Positions 35,180 to 48,145 of a stretch of DNA of 64,000 nt are shown piece after piece (positions within the stretch are counted from its first letter, which is position 1; every line of letters begins with the position of its first letter). Below the pieces are notes generated by a model. The model did not search any database and had not been told where the DNA came from. It was given only the letters and a program-made list of their open reading frames with translations. Position numbers and translations under genes: made by a program. Origin of the DNA: Thermofilaceae archaeon (GTDB taxonomy: Archaea > Thermoproteota > Thermoprotei > Thermofilales > Thermofilaceae); assembly GCA_038861545.1 (NCBI GenBank), contig JAWCCZ010000003.1, positions 128,001 through 192,000 of the forward strand. Reading direction: 5' to 3'.

Positions 35180-35719
35180 ATGAAGGACTTAGAAGCATAT
35201 GGGCCTGGCGACAAAGCCCCTGAGGAAGTAAACATAGTTATCGAGATACCACAGGGCGGTGGCGTTAAGTACGAAATGGATAAGGAAACAGGTGTGCTAA
35301 TCGTTGACAGGATACTGTATACTTCAATGGTTTACCCCTTTAATTACGGTTTCATACCCGGAACTCTTGAAGAGGATAGAGATCCAGTAGATGTTCTACT
35401 GCTAAGTTACGAGCCTTTGCTACCCGGTTCCCTAATTAGGGGTAAACCAGTGGGTGTATTAATTACGAAGGATGAAAAGGGTCCTGACGCTAAAATTGTA
35501 GCTGTTCCCTCACCGAAAATTGATCCGAGGTTCACTGACGTAGACGATGTATCAAAGCTTCCTGAAGCTATAAAAAAGAAGCTTGAACATTTCTTCGAAC
35601 ATTACAAGGAACTTGAACCTGGAAAATGGGTTAAGGTAGAGGGCTGGTACGGGAGAAGCGAGGCGCTTAAAAGAGTTAAACAAGCTATTGAGCGCTATAA
35701 GGCTTTACGTGTCAGTTAA
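35180..35719 (+). CDS. ppa: Inorganic pyrophosphatase (family I)
   Basis: IEIP..KYE.DK..DR.L..YP.NYGFIP.TL.ED.DP.D..FF.HYK.LE. Confidence 0.97.
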   Translation: MKDLEAYGPGDKAPEEVNIVIEIPQGGGVKYEMDKETGVLIVDRILYTSMVYPFNYGFIPGTLEEDRDPVDVLLLSYEPLLPGSLIRGKPVGVLITKDEKGPDAKIVAVPSPKIDPRFTDVDDVSKLPEAIKKKLEHFFEHYKELEPGKWVKVEGWYGRSEALKRVKQAIERYKALRVS

Positions 35720-35770
35720 GCTGAACCGCGCGGTTTATATAGTTTCAAAGTCTATCCAGGATGGTACATT

Positions 35771-36181
35771 GTGATGGCTGAAAATCAGTTTACCAGATCG
35801 TTCATCACCAACTTGGAGCACTGGGTTGAAACGCAGAAAATTGTATTGTCCTCTCTAACTAAGGTTGAGGACCAGCTAAGGGATGCAGATAGATTAGAGC
35901 TAGTATTAGCGGTCAGAACGGCTTTTAGGCACATGATACGCACTCTCGAAGCTTTCGATCGTTGGTTACAAGACCCCTTCATTATAGGTCATATGCCGCG
36001 AGAAATGCTTGAAGATGTTCAAAGGAAAACTTGGGATCTATTCAAACAGCTTTTAGAGCTAGACATAATTCATACAGTACAATTTAAAGACTACGTAGCT
36101 AAACTCGTTAGGGAAGGTAAACTAAACCCACTCCTTTCAGCGCAGGGTGGAGAAGAACGCAGAGTTCCAGGCGTGCTCTAG
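35771..36181 (+). CDS. DUF2153 family protein
   Basis: W...Q...ADRL.L...R.AF.HM.RTL.AFD.WLQDP...HMPREML; typically found upstream of crenarchaeal cdc48. Confidence 0.85.
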   Translation: MMAENQFTRSFITNLEHWVETQKIVLSSLTKVEDQLRDADRLELVLAVRTAFRHMIRTLEAFDRWLQDPFIIGHMPREMLEDVQRKTWDLFKQLLELDIIHTVQFKDYVAKLVREGKLNPLLSAQGGEERRVPGVL

Positions 36182-36210
36182 TGGGCGTATCTCGGAATGA
36201 AAGCCTTTAA

Positions 36211-38445
<2,235 letters not shown>

Positions 38446-38448
38446 TTT

Positions 38449-38682
38449 ATGACGCCGGTTGCCATAATCCTGCTAAGCGAGCTTTCTAGATTAAAGGGAT
38501 CAGCAACCGATAGAGAACTTTATGAAAACGTTAAAAAAGCAGTAGAATCAGTAGGGATCGACATATCTAGAAACGATTTCACGAAATTGCTAATGACTTT
38601 AGAGCTCAGAGGCTACATAAGAGTTGAGGGAATAAAAAGAGATTCCAGAATGGTTCATCTAGCAAAGACCAATAGTAAATAG
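38449..38682 (+). CDS. Small winged-helix-like protein downstream of cdc48
   Basis: TDRELY...F.K.LM.LE.RG.I.V pattern; starts 3 nt after the cdc48 stop. Confidence 0.75.
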   Translation: MTPVAIILLSELSRLKGSATDRELYENVKKAVESVGIDISRNDFTKLLMTLELRGYIRVEGIKRDSRMVHLAKTNSK

Positions 38683-38731
38683 GGAAGCTCTTTTAAGTCT
38701 TAACTCTTTATAATTGAGCCGGTGATCAGAG

Positions 38732-39766
38732 ATGGGCGTTAACTTGAGAGAGCTAGTAACGCCCGTAAAGATTGAAATTGAGTTGGAGCAGTTAGCAGGT
38801 AAAGTTATAGTGTTAGATGCATACAATGCACTTTATCAGTTTCTGACTACTATCAGGCAACCTGATGGAACCCCACTTATGGATGCTCTTGGTAGAGTTA
38901 CAAGCCACCTTAACGGGCTATTCTACAGAACCATAAACCTTCTTGAAAAGGGGTTAAAGATAGCATACATCTTCGATGGCAAGCCCCCTGAACTTAAAGC
39001 TGCTGAACTTGAAAGAAGAACCAAATGGCGAGAAGAAGCAGAAAGAAAGTACACTGAAGCATTGGAGAAAGGAGACTTAGAGGAAGCTCGATTATACGCG
39101 CAACAAGCATCGCGTCTGTCATCACTTATGGTTGAAGATGCAAAGACGCTGCTAAACCTCATGGGAATACCTTGGGTTCAAGCCCCTGCTGACGGTGAGG
39201 CCCAAGCGGCTTTTATGACTACGAGAAACGATGCTTGGGCAACAGCTAGCCAAGATTATGACTCATTATTATACGGGTCTACTAGGTTAATTCGAAACCT
39301 GACTATAACTGGAAGAAGGAAACTTCCAAGAAAGGACGAGTATATTGAAGTAAAGCCAGAGCTCATTGAACTTGATAAAATACTTAGAAGCTACGAATTA
39401 TCAAGGGAGCAACTGGTTTATGTTGCAATATTGATAGGCACAGATTTTAATCCAGGGGGCGTGAGAGGAATTGGTCCTAAAAAAGCCTTAAAAATAATTA
39501 AAGAATTTCCAAATTTTACAGTTATTGAAAAAAATATAGAGTGGAGTTTTCCGGTAAAACCTCACGAGATAGCTAAGATTTTTCTAGAACCTGAAGTAAC
39601 TGAAGATTATCAGTTAGAATGGAGAGCACCTGACAAGGACGGGATAATAGAATTTTTATGCAATGAACATCAATTCTCACGAGAGAGAGTAGAAAATGCT
39701 TTAGAAAGAATAGAGAAGGCAAGCAAAGTCTTGACAAAACAATCTACATTAGAGTCTTGGTTTTAA
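38732..39766 (+). CDS. fen: Flap endonuclease 1
   Basis: [36 protein letters not shown], and C-terminal PIP box QSTLESWF. Confidence 0.98.
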   Translation: MGVNLRELVTPVKIEIELEQLAGKVIVLDAYNALYQFLTTIRQPDGTPLMDALGRVTSHLNGLFYRTINLLEKGLKIAYIFDGKPPELKAAELERRTKWREEAERKYTEALEKGDLEEARLYAQQASRLSSLMVEDAKTLLNLMGIPWVQAPADGEAQAAFMTTRNDAWATASQDYDSLLYGSTRLIRNLTITGRRKLPRKDEYIEVKPELIELDKILRSYELSREQLVYVAILIGTDFNPGGVRGIGPKKALKIIKEFPNFTVIEKNIEWSFPVKPHEIAKIFLEPEVTEDYQLEWRAPDKDGIIEFLCNEHQFSRERVENALERIEKASKVLTKQSTLESWF

Positions 39767-40041
39767 TGATGGAAAATTGGCAACAGCTAGAAGAGCTGTT
39801 TAAGGGGTGTAGAAAAGCTTTGAGGGTAATCCGAGTACTATTGCAGTATAAAACCCCAATGACTAAGTACGCGATCGAGAGTCAAGCTCTGGTTTACGAT
39901 ACAAGGTCGTTGTTAAAGAGGCTTGAAGAGATCGGAGTAATACATATAATTGATGGAAGACCGAGGCGTTACATGATTAACTTGGAGCATCCCTTAGTTA
40001 AATCACTTGAGAAAATGATGCTGGAAACAGGCTATCTTTAA
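39757..40041 (+). CDS. Hypothetical winged-helix protein
   Basis: LF.....RV..VL...MTKY.I...L.RL...GVI......Y.IN..HP pattern; overlaps the fen stop codon. Confidence 0.65.
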   Translation: MVLMMENWQQLEELFKGCRKALRVIRVLLQYKTPMTKYAIESQALVYDTRSLLKRLEEIGVIHIIDGRPRRYMINLEHPLVKSLEKMMLETGYL

Positions 40042-40053
40042 AACGCGCACTCT

Positions 40054-41226
40054 TCAGGACTTTGTATAAACAACAAACTTACCGATACTTAAAATGGGGG
40101 ACAACATCGCGAGTGGAGTGAATGACAGACCGATGGATAAAGTTGTGACGGTATAGCTAAGCATAGTTATGAAAGTGTACTCTCTAGGAATGATTACGAT
40201 TAGTTTCTCAAGAATAGATATCGCCATGCATAACGAAATCCACCTTGTGAAGCGGCCATTACCTGTAGCAAATGCTAAAAACCAACCTATAAAAGCTAGT
40301 AATGACACAGATGTTTCCATGCATAAAAGTATCCAGGTTAAATTTGCATGAATCTCGAGGGTATCGCTTAATCTACCCTCCGATAGAAGGTATTGATTCA
40401 TAGCCCTTAAAACACCCGCTGATAACAATAAACAGGTAAGCATGCGTACTTTACTGTTTACGTTGGCTTTAATCTCGACATACAGCATTAATAACCCTGA
40501 AATGATGAAAACTATAGTCCAAAGTATTTCATCGATTTTCTTCAAGGTATGTATCTGAAAGTCAATAAAATACACGGGATCTTCTGTGCTTAGTAGGCTA
40601 ATTACCCCATATAACATAAGGAGCAAAGCGTTGAGTTCTCCTCCGTATTTAATAATCCTGCTCCTAGCTAGCGATTTATGGAGTTTAGGACCTATTCCCT
40701 GAGCGGTAACTCCGAGAAGTATGAAAGGAAGTGATGTTCCCAGGGAAAAAGATGCAATGAGGAGAGTAATTGATCCTGTTCCCAATGCTGCCTGAGCGGC
40801 TAATGCCAGTATGGGTCCCGATGCACACGGCGCCGCCAGCAACGAAAAAGATAAACCCAGTAAAGCGGCACCCAGAACATCTGCTCTTTTGGGTCTCAGT
40901 GCTACTCTAGAAGCTAATATGCCTATCTCCTTAGCCGGTGTTAGCTGGACTACAGCAAGTATCAAGAAAATTGTTGAAAGTATAGTAGCTGCAGTGGAAG
41001 GGGTTAAGTTATACTTAGTTATCAACTCTTGGCCTAACACTGATGCTGTCAATGCATACGTAGCTAAGCCTAAACATAATGTTGTGACGAAGGAGAGAGT
41101 TACAGTTAGAGATTTTCCAACTCTTTTAGCTAGATACATTAGGTAAGCTGGTAAAACTGGGAAAAGACAGGGGGATAGAGACGTAAATAAACCGGCTAGG
41201 AACATTGTAAGGTATCCTAGGGGCAT
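40054..41226 (-). CDS. CcdA/DsbD-beta thiol-disulfide transporter with an extra C-terminal membrane domain
   Basis: LSPCLFP and AAPCASGP redox Cys pair; multiple TM helices; 390 aa. Confidence 0.82.
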   Translation of the reverse strand: MPLGYLTMFLAGLFTSLSPCLFPVLPAYLMYLAKRVGKSLTVTLSFVTTLCLGLATYALTASVLGQELITKYNLTPSTAATILSTIFLILAVVQLTPAKEIGILASRVALRPKRADVLGAALLGLSFSLLAAPCASGPILALAAQAALGTGSITLLIASFSLGTSLPFILLGVTAQGIGPKLHKSLARSRIIKYGGELNALLLMLYGVISLLSTEDPVYFIDFQIHTLKKIDEILWTIVFIISGLLMLYVEIKANVNSKVRMLTCLLLSAGVLRAMNQYLLSEGRLSDTLEIHANLTWILLCMETSVSLLAFIGWFLAFATGNGRFTRWISLCMAISILEKLIVIIPREYTFITMLSYTVTTLSIGLSFTPLAMLSPILSIGKFVVYTKS

Positions 41227-41228
41227 TA

Positions 41229-42950
41229 TTAGCTACCCCGGCGTTTTAGCTGTCGGATAAGGGTAAAAACAGCCAGCACTATAATCGCGATAGATACTGT
41301 CAGGTAAAAGAGTTGGCTGCCTACCCTTATGTTTACAACTAGGATTCTCTCTTCTCTAACTCCTTTACCAACTATAACTAAGGGGATATAATACCTTCCA
41401 TAGGCTGCTCTTTCCTCAGGGATTACAGTTACGGTAAATGAAGTGGAGCTTCCAGGCGGAAGATTTTCTACGATGCTGGGTATTACGTCTACATGCAGGC
41501 CTTCAGGTGAAGTACCGCCCACTTGAATTGTAAGATCATTAACAGGTATTTGTCCGTTATTCCTGACAATTAGTGTGAACCTTGCCGGCGCCCCATGCAT
41601 CGTCTCAATTTCCCAATTCGTCGCTTCAATCTCCACCGTGGCTTTCCCTTTAACATTTATTCCAAGCTCTATAGATGTACTGCTATTCAGCCCTACAGCT
41701 CTGAAGATGAACCCGATAGCTGTGGGGGGCGCGGTTCCCGGTATTTCAACAAATAGCATCATTCTCTGAGAAGAGCGCGGCGACAACCGGAGTGCAGAGA
41801 TTATGTTGCCTTGCTCATCCTTTAAATGCCACAAATAACCAACTGGTAGACCTACAGCATAAAAAGTTACTAGCGAAGCTCCTGTTCCATCGTTTCTTAT
41901 AGTCAGAGGTATCACCGCGCTATTGCCGGGTTCAGCATCTACGATAGGAGCAACCACCTCCATTGATATAGTATCGTATCTGCTTTCAATTCTCACCTGC
42001 AACGCAGCTTTCGATAGTGCATCCAAACTGCGCCCCTCTACAGTTACAGTGTAATTACCTGCAGCGGCGTTTTCAGGCACTCTTACTGTCAAGTTAAGCC
42101 ACATAAAAGAGCCAGGGTCCAGCGTTAGTGCATTCACATATTGGCTGTTTACCTCAAACCAGGCTGTCCACGATGAAGGTGCTGTAATGGATAAGTCGAC
42201 AGTACAAACTTCTTCTAGCGGGTTAAAAACTCGAAGAGGTATCTTGAAAATACTACCGGGGTATGCGGCAACCTCTGGGAATTTAAATTCTACAATCCTC
42301 CAATTTCTATGCTTTACATCAAAATTGACAGTTAAACAATGCTTCACGCCATAATAGCTCAGATATAGTGTTACATTCTTTGTTCCAATTTCTGTTGCCG
42401 GTATACGCGCCCTTAAGAAGTATTTATTAGAGGCGCCGGGCTCTAGCATAATGCTTCGCGCTATTAAACCGTACTCGCTCACCACTTCTGTCTCCCATCC
42501 CGTAGGCGCAGATAGATTCAACTCAGCCATGACAGTGTACGTTCCGATGTTAGTGATCCGTAAAGGTACTATTACATAGCTTCCCTGATATGCTACAACG
42601 TGACTGACTTCCGCAATTGCTTTGAGTGCATATTCCAGCTGGATTTTACCTAAATTTATAGTGCTAGTCCTTGAAGTATCAATCGTAAAATTTTTTTTCT
42701 CATATCCTTTTTTAAAAATAATTACATCGTAGATTTCTCCACTAGGTACATATATGGAAAAATACCCATTTGAGAATGTGGTACTTGAAGTCAGGAAAGC
42801 GCCTTTCCTGTATATCTCTACTGTGGTGTTATCCAAGGGCTGTCCCTCGCTATCCATAACTATTCCTACAAACGTTACCCATTCTGCGCTTACAGGTACG
42901 GGCATCACTATAATTAATGCGAGCGCTACTGTCAGAAACGCCTTTCGCAT
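41229..42950 (-). CDS. Membrane-anchored surface protein with carboxypeptidase-regulatory-like and repeated NEW3/Ig-like domains
   Basis: Signal peptide from ATG 42950 (MRKAFLTVALAL..SA); G.V.D..G.PL domain; repeated 'L.I.N.G...P.GW...L.PG' units; C-terminal TM plus KRRGS. Confidence 0.8.
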   Translation of the reverse strand: MRKAFLTVALALIIVMPVPVSAEWVTFVGIVMDSEGQPLDNTTVEIYRKGAFLTSSTTFSNGYFSIYVPSGEIYDVIIFKKGYEKKNFTIDTSRTSTINLGKIQLEYALKAIAEVSHVVAYQGSYVIVPLRITNIGTYTVMAELNLSAPTGWETEVVSEYGLIARSIMLEPGASNKYFLRARIPATEIGTKNVTLYLSYYGVKHCLTVNFDVKHRNWRIVEFKFPEVAAYPGSIFKIPLRVFNPLEEVCTVDLSITAPSSWTAWFEVNSQYVNALTLDPGSFMWLNLTVRVPENAAAGNYTVTVEGRSLDALSKAALQVRIESRYDTISMEVVAPIVDAEPGNSAVIPLTIRNDGTGASLVTFYAVGLPVGYLWHLKDEQGNIISALRLSPRSSQRMMLFVEIPGTAPPTAIGFIFRAVGLNSSTSIELGINVKGKATVEIEATNWEIETMHGAPARFTLIVRNNGQIPVNDLTIQVGGTSPEGLHVDVIPSIVENLPPGSSTSFTVTVIPEERAAYGRYYIPLVIVGKGVREERILVVNIRVGSQLFYLTVSIAIIVLAVFTLIRQLKRRGS

Positions 42951-42972
42951 CGTTACTAAATTTACAAGAGAG

Positions 42973-44571
42973 TTAAATAATCTCCGTCTCAGCTCGCTGC
43001 TCAATGAGCTGTAAGCAAAGCTCGTAGCCCCTTTTAAGAACCTTTGACGCAGGCATTTTTACTACATCCCATGGGTTTTTTTCGTTAGTATCCAGAGGGT
43101 CTATATACTTAGGCACTTTGAAGCCAGTTTCTCGCACAGCCCTACGCCAGCCACCTAATCCCCCTCCTGCTAATGCCCACCTTAAAAGCAATTCTGTGGC
43201 TTCGCTTCCTGCCCTACCAAGAACACATTGTACATAAGCCCAGAGCGGTTTATAGGGTCTTACCTCAGCTACCCCCTTTAATTCGTTTGCTATTGTTGAA
43301 ATTTTTCTTCTTAATTTTTTCCATTCTTCCATCCCGAACCATTGCATAGGTGTCTGTGGTTTGGGTACGAAAACGCTTAAACTGAGCTTCAGCCGTCTCC
43401 GACCTTTAAAATCAGATATAGTAGCAATCTTTGTAACTAAATCAATTATCCCCCTTATATCATCATGCTTTTCGCCTGGTAATCCCACCATAAAGTACAG
43501 CTTGATTTCATTGAAACCCAACGTCTCAGCCTCCTTGGCGATCTCTAACAGCTTATCCCTTAACGAGGGTTTACCTATAACGCTTGAGAGACTGGTAGAG
43601 GCGGTTTCCGGTGCTATGGTTAATGTTCTTTGTCCACTCCTAGATATCAGTTCCAATCTTTCTCTATGTAAAGTATCAAGCCTTAAAGAGGGTAACGAAA
43701 GCTTGCAGCCCATTTCAAGGAGTTTCGTTATTATTTCATCTGCTTGAGGATGGTCAAATAGGGAAAGCGCAATTAATGTGACATGTTCGGCTGAATTATA
43801 TTTATACCCTTTCTCCGCGATGTAAAGGATATCTGAAAGAGGTCTATCTCTTTTAGGCAAAAAAATATGTCCCTCTAGGCAAAACCTACATCCTCTTACA
43901 CATCCTCTAGAGACTTCGATCAGTGTAGTTTTCCTCCACCTATCATTAAGGGGTTGAACTTGTTTTATAGGATGGAACTCTAATGGAAGATTTTCTACGT
44001 AACTATATATTACATGTTCGTCACCTCTTGAGCCGATGTAAAACCCTTTCTCCGGGGGCAAGCAGTCTAGTATACTGCGTTTATCGTCAGCTTGCGAAGC
44101 TACGGCTTCCAGAATAACTGGTACAGTTTTCTCTATTTCACCTACGACTACTACATCTGCGATCTCACTTAGTGTTATAGGGTTGGCTATTACCGGTGGT
44201 CCTCCCACAACAACTATCTGGCTCCTCTTGCATGCTAATGGATGTACTCCTCCGCTCTGGAGAAGCCTAATTACGTTAACGTAATCTGGCTCGTAATGTA
44301 TCGAGAAAAGTATTAGCCTGAAATCGCGCAAAGGCTTTTTACTCTCAATGCTTAACGCGGGAGGCTCACTTCCATGCAACCTCTGTACTACAAATCTCTC
44401 GGCATAAAAATTTTCTAGGGAATTAATATAGAAGTACAGCATTTGAAAAGAAAGGCTCTTCGTCGCGACTTCGTAGATCGAAGGGTAGGCTATAGCGACT
44501 CCGAGTGCATGACTGCTTACCCTCTTTTTTAATACATTAATCTCTTTCAAAGGATTCCCCACCTGTGACAA
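42973..44571 (-). CDS. Radical SAM protein (B12-binding-like N-terminal domain, COG1032-type)
   Basis: IEVSRGCVRGCRFC (CxxxCxxC), VVGGP..NP, SLPSLR, TIAPE, LYFMVGLPGE, FVPKP.TP. Confidence 0.9.
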   Translation of the reverse strand: MSQVGNPLKEINVLKKRVSSHALGVAIAYPSIYEVATKSLSFQMLYFYINSLENFYAERFVVQRLHGSEPPALSIESKKPLRDFRLILFSIHYEPDYVNVIRLLQSGGVHPLACKRSQIVVVGGPPVIANPITLSEIADVVVVGEIEKTVPVILEAVASQADDKRSILDCLPPEKGFYIGSRGDEHVIYSYVENLPLEFHPIKQVQPLNDRWRKTTLIEVSRGCVRGCRFCLEGHIFLPKRDRPLSDILYIAEKGYKYNSAEHVTLIALSLFDHPQADEIITKLLEMGCKLSLPSLRLDTLHRERLELISRSGQRTLTIAPETASTSLSSVIGKPSLRDKLLEIAKEAETLGFNEIKLYFMVGLPGEKHDDIRGIIDLVTKIATISDFKGRRRLKLSLSVFVPKPQTPMQWFGMEEWKKLRRKISTIANELKGVAEVRPYKPLWAYVQCVLGRAGSEATELLLRWALAGGGLGGWRRAVRETGFKVPKYIDPLDTNEKNPWDVVKMPASKVLKRGYELCLQLIEQRAETEII

Positions 44572-44635
44572 CAGGGTACACTACTTTTAAATAACATCCC
44601 AAGGTTAAGAATTTTTAAACCATAAAGTAGGAAAC

Positions 44636-45604
44636 ATGGTGCTGACACCGGCTATATTCGGTAAAGTATCCGTTTACCCTCTAGCTGATGAGAGCTTAGG
44701 GGTAAGATCAATGGCGCTAGGAGTTGAAACACCAGATACGACGATATTGCTCGATGCTGGTGTGTCCTTAGCCCCTAAAAGGTACAGACTACCGCCTCAT
44801 CCAGAAGAATTCTCAGCTGCACGTGATGCCAGGAGGCGTATATTAGAATTCGCTAAGAGTTGTGAAGTAGTTACAATTAGTCATTTCCACTTGGATCATT
44901 ATACACCAAGCTATATCAGTTACTATGAATGGGCAAACCCAGAAGTATTTGAGGCTACGTATGCCGGTAAAACTGTGGTAGTTAAGAGACCGGACAACAC
45001 AGTTAGCTATAACCAGCGGAGAAGGGCAGCGGTGGTCTTAGGTCAACTCGGACAGCTTGGTTGCAAAGTGATGGAAGCCGAAAACGCCAACATAACGATT
45101 GGATCGACTAGGGTAACAGCGTTAGGCCCCTTCCCTCACGGAAGCGGAGAATTCATGGGATGCGTGATGGTTTTTTGTATTGAAAATGGGGATCAAAAGC
45201 TTGTGTATGCTCCGGATGTGCAAGGGCCCGTTGATCGAAGAACAACAGAGATACTTGCGTCGCTTAAGCCAACCCTTTTAGTCATAGGAGGTCCTCCAAC
45301 ATATCTGGAAGGATATCGTGTAGAACAAGTATCTGTGGAGGCGGGTTTAGAGAACTTAGCTACTTTAGCTAAGGTGACTAGCGTCGTGATCTCACATCAC
45401 ATGCTCCGAGAGCTAAACTGGAGGGAAAAACTAGAGAAGGTAGGCATTATTAACTTTCACACCTACGCTGGGATAGCGGGATTAAGTGAAAAATGCCTTG
45501 AGGCTAGACGGAGACAACTTTACGTGGAGAAACCACCCTCAACTAGATTTCGAGAGTGGTTAGAAAAATATCAGAGTGGGTTAAGGGAGCCGCCACCAAT
45601 CTAA
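44636..45604 (+). CDS. UPF0282-like metallo-beta-lactamase-fold hydrolase
   Basis: ESLGVRSM, DAGVSL.P.R..LPPHP.E, SHFHLDH, PHG, DVQGP, GGPP.YL, HH.LR. Confidence 0.87.
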   Translation: MVLTPAIFGKVSVYPLADESLGVRSMALGVETPDTTILLDAGVSLAPKRYRLPPHPEEFSAARDARRRILEFAKSCEVVTISHFHLDHYTPSYISYYEWANPEVFEATYAGKTVVVKRPDNTVSYNQRRRAAVVLGQLGQLGCKVMEAENANITIGSTRVTALGPFPHGSGEFMGCVMVFCIENGDQKLVYAPDVQGPVDRRTTEILASLKPTLLVIGGPPTYLEGYRVEQVSVEAGLENLATLAKVTSVVISHHMLRELNWREKLEKVGIINFHTYAGIAGLSEKCLEARRRQLYVEKPPSTRFREWLEKYQSGLREPPPI

Positions 45605-45663
45605 AAATCCAGAGTATTATCTAACCCCGTTGACTTTTTTATACACGGGAGTAAAGGGGATAT

Positions 45664-47034
45664 GTGTGGAGTGTACTGTACTATCTTCGAAATGATCCTG
45701 AAAAACTAAGGTGGTCCCAGAGAATCCGTGGCGACGACATAGGTTTAGTAAATAAAGCTTTGGAACTTGATGCAGAATGGAGAAAGCTCAGAGCGGAAAT
45801 TGATAGGCTGAGACACATAAGGAATGAGCTAGCAGCTAAGGTGAGCAAGGCAAGCCAGGAGGAGCGGATCAACCTTATAAATGAAGCAAGAAAGCTGAGC
45901 GAGGAAATAGAGGCTGCGGAAAAAAAACTGGCTCAGGTTGAGGCTGAAAGAGAGAGCGTGTTGCTGAGGATACCCAACGTCGTGCATGCTACTGTTCCGC
46001 TCGGTAAAAGTGAGGAAGATAACCAGCCAGTTAAGTTTTGGGGAAAACCTAAGGTCTGGGAAGGGTTCCTCGAATCTTTTACATCACAGATAAAGGGTTT
46101 CCAGGTACGCTACGAAGTTATAAACTGGAAACCTATAGGTCACGCCGACGTTAGCGAGGAGAAAGGCTGGGTTGATACAGTTAGAGCGGGAAAGGTTGCT
46201 GGAGCGAGGTTCTACTACATGTTTGACGACCTCGTATGGCTCGAGCAAGCACTTATACTATACGCGCTTGATAACTTATCCAGAAATGGCTTCACAATAG
46301 TGGTTCCACCTTATATGTTGAGAAGAAAGCCATTAGAGGGGGTTATAAGCTTCGGAGATTTCGAAGATGTAGTATACAAGATAGAGGGGGAGGACCTCTA
46401 CCTGATCGCTACGGCTGAGCACTCGCTGGCTGCCTTGCATATGAATGAAACAATCCCGAAGGAGGAGCTACCACTTCTCTACGCAGGCGTTAGCCCTTGC
46501 TTTAGGAAGGAAGCTGGAGCGCACGGGAAGGATACAAAAGGTATTTTCAGAGTCCATCAGTTCACGAAGGTGGAACAATTTGTTTACTGCTTACCGGAAG
46601 AATCATGGGAATTTCATGAAAAATTGATTAGGAATGCCGAAGAATTATTTCAAGGTCTCGAAATCCCATATAGGATCGTCAATGTATGCTCAGGAGACCT
46701 TGGTGTAGTTGCTGCTAAGAAGTATGACTTAGAAGCTTGGATGCCGGCACAAGGCAAGTATAGGGAAATGGTATCGTGCAGCAACACAACGGACTATCAA
46801 TCCTATAGGCTTGGCATCAGATTCGCTAAAGCTCGAGGAGCTCCGGCTGAAGGATACGTCCATACGCTAAACTCAACAGCGATAGCTACTTCTAGGACAA
46901 TAACGGCAATATTAGAGAACCATCAAGAACCAGATGGGAGGATACGAATTCCCCTCGTCTTAAGGAGATACCTAGAGCTTTTCGAAAGAGCTCCGCACGA
47001 CTACATTGAACCGAGGAGGGTAGCGAAAGAGTAA
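45664..47034 (+). CDS. serS: Serine--tRNA ligase
   Basis: N-terminal coiled arm, ATAEH, motif 2 FRKEAG..GIFRVHQF.KVE, EMVSCSN, HTLNST. Confidence 0.98.
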   Translation: MWSVLYYLRNDPEKLRWSQRIRGDDIGLVNKALELDAEWRKLRAEIDRLRHIRNELAAKVSKASQEERINLINEARKLSEEIEAAEKKLAQVEAERESVLLRIPNVVHATVPLGKSEEDNQPVKFWGKPKVWEGFLESFTSQIKGFQVRYEVINWKPIGHADVSEEKGWVDTVRAGKVAGARFYYMFDDLVWLEQALILYALDNLSRNGFTIVVPPYMLRRKPLEGVISFGDFEDVVYKIEGEDLYLIATAEHSLAALHMNETIPKEELPLLYAGVSPCFRKEAGAHGKDTKGIFRVHQFTKVEQFVYCLPEESWEFHEKLIRNAEELFQGLEIPYRIVNVCSGDLGVVAAKKYDLEAWMPAQGKYREMVSCSNTTDYQSYRLGIRFAKARGAPAEGYVHTLNSTAIATSRTITAILENHQEPDGRIRIPLVLRRYLELFERAPHDYIEPRRVAKE

Positions 47035-47044
47035 TTTTTATACG

Positions 47045-48145
47045 CTAAGGTATCCTTAGACCCCTCACCTTAATCCATTCCTTCAATTCTCCTTTTACAA
47101 CTATTGTCGCTCGCTTTAACTCTATTAGATTCTTTGACCCTGTCAAAAATGCGGCACGCCTCAGCCCCTCTATAACTCGCTCCAAGTACTTCACCACATG
47201 CGTATATCCTCCCTCAGCTGCAGCACGGATAACAGGATAAGCTAAACCGCACAGGTCTGCTCCTAGCCTAATTGCCTTAGCTACATCGATTCCATTTCTT
47301 ATACCTCCTGTGGCGATAACAAGCAGGTCAGTAGACGCGTTTCGTACCTCAATCACGCTTGCAGCAGTAGGTATCCCCCATTCAGCGAAGTCTTCAGCTA
47401 ATTCATAAAGCAATGTTTTTCCCTCGCTGAGGGCTCTTAATCCCTCGACTTTCGCGAAAGAAGTACCACCCGCCCCGCTAACGTCTACTCCTAGTACCCC
47501 TGTAGAGGCTATTTTTTCTGCTACTTCCTTGCTTATGCCGGCGCCTGTTTCTTTAACTATAATCGGTACTGGAGCTTCGCCCACAATATTTTCAAGCTTT
47601 CTAAGAAAGCCGGAGTATTGAGAGTCACCCTCTATCTGCAATGCTTCTTGCAAAGGGTTTAAATGAATAGCCAGTGCATCTGCCTCTATCATATCCACGA
47701 GTCTCTTTAATTCAGTTGGTCCCAGTTTTTCAATCACCTGGCTTGCTCCAATGTTCGCGATCACCGGAACACTGGTAGCATATTCCCTAACTATTCGAAA
47801 AGTCTTTTGAACTTCTGGCTTCTCTAAAGCTATACGTTGACTTCCCACTCCGACTGCTATTTTAAGCTCCTCAGCCACTTTAGCGAATACTGCATTAAAT
47901 TTCTCCGCAATATGAGTGCCTCCGGTCATTCCGGCGATCAGAAGCGGTGCATTAAGCTCATAGCCTAGAAAGCGAGTTGTAAGCTTGACATCATGAAGGT
48001 TGATTTCTGGGGTGGCGACGTGAACGAGATCCGCATACTCTAGCCACGACGTTTTAACAATGGGTTGCGATGCAGGCAGCAAAGAGTAATAGATATGGTC
48101 ATCTTTTCTATTGTAAACATCTAAATGCTTCTCCACGCTTAGCAC
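47045..48145 (-). CDS. fni: Type 2 isopentenyl-diphosphate delta-isomerase
   Basis: RKDDH, GMTGG, GVGSQR, HLNPLQE, KETG.G, G.GGTS, TGGIR.G. Confidence 0.96.
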   Translation of the reverse strand: MLSVEKHLDVYNRKDDHIYYSLLPASQPIVKTSWLEYADLVHVATPEINLHDVKLTTRFLGYELNAPLLIAGMTGGTHIAEKFNAVFAKVAEELKIAVGVGSQRIALEKPEVQKTFRIVREYATSVPVIANIGASQVIEKLGPTELKRLVDMIEADALAIHLNPLQEALQIEGDSQYSGFLRKLENIVGEAPVPIIVKETGAGISKEVAEKIASTGVLGVDVSGAGGTSFAKVEGLRALSEGKTLLYELAEDFAEWGIPTAASVIEVRNASTDLLVIATGGIRNGIDVAKAIRLGADLCGLAYPVIRAAAEGGYTHVVKYLERVIEGLRRAAFLTGSKNLIELKRATIVVKGELKEWIKVRGLRIP

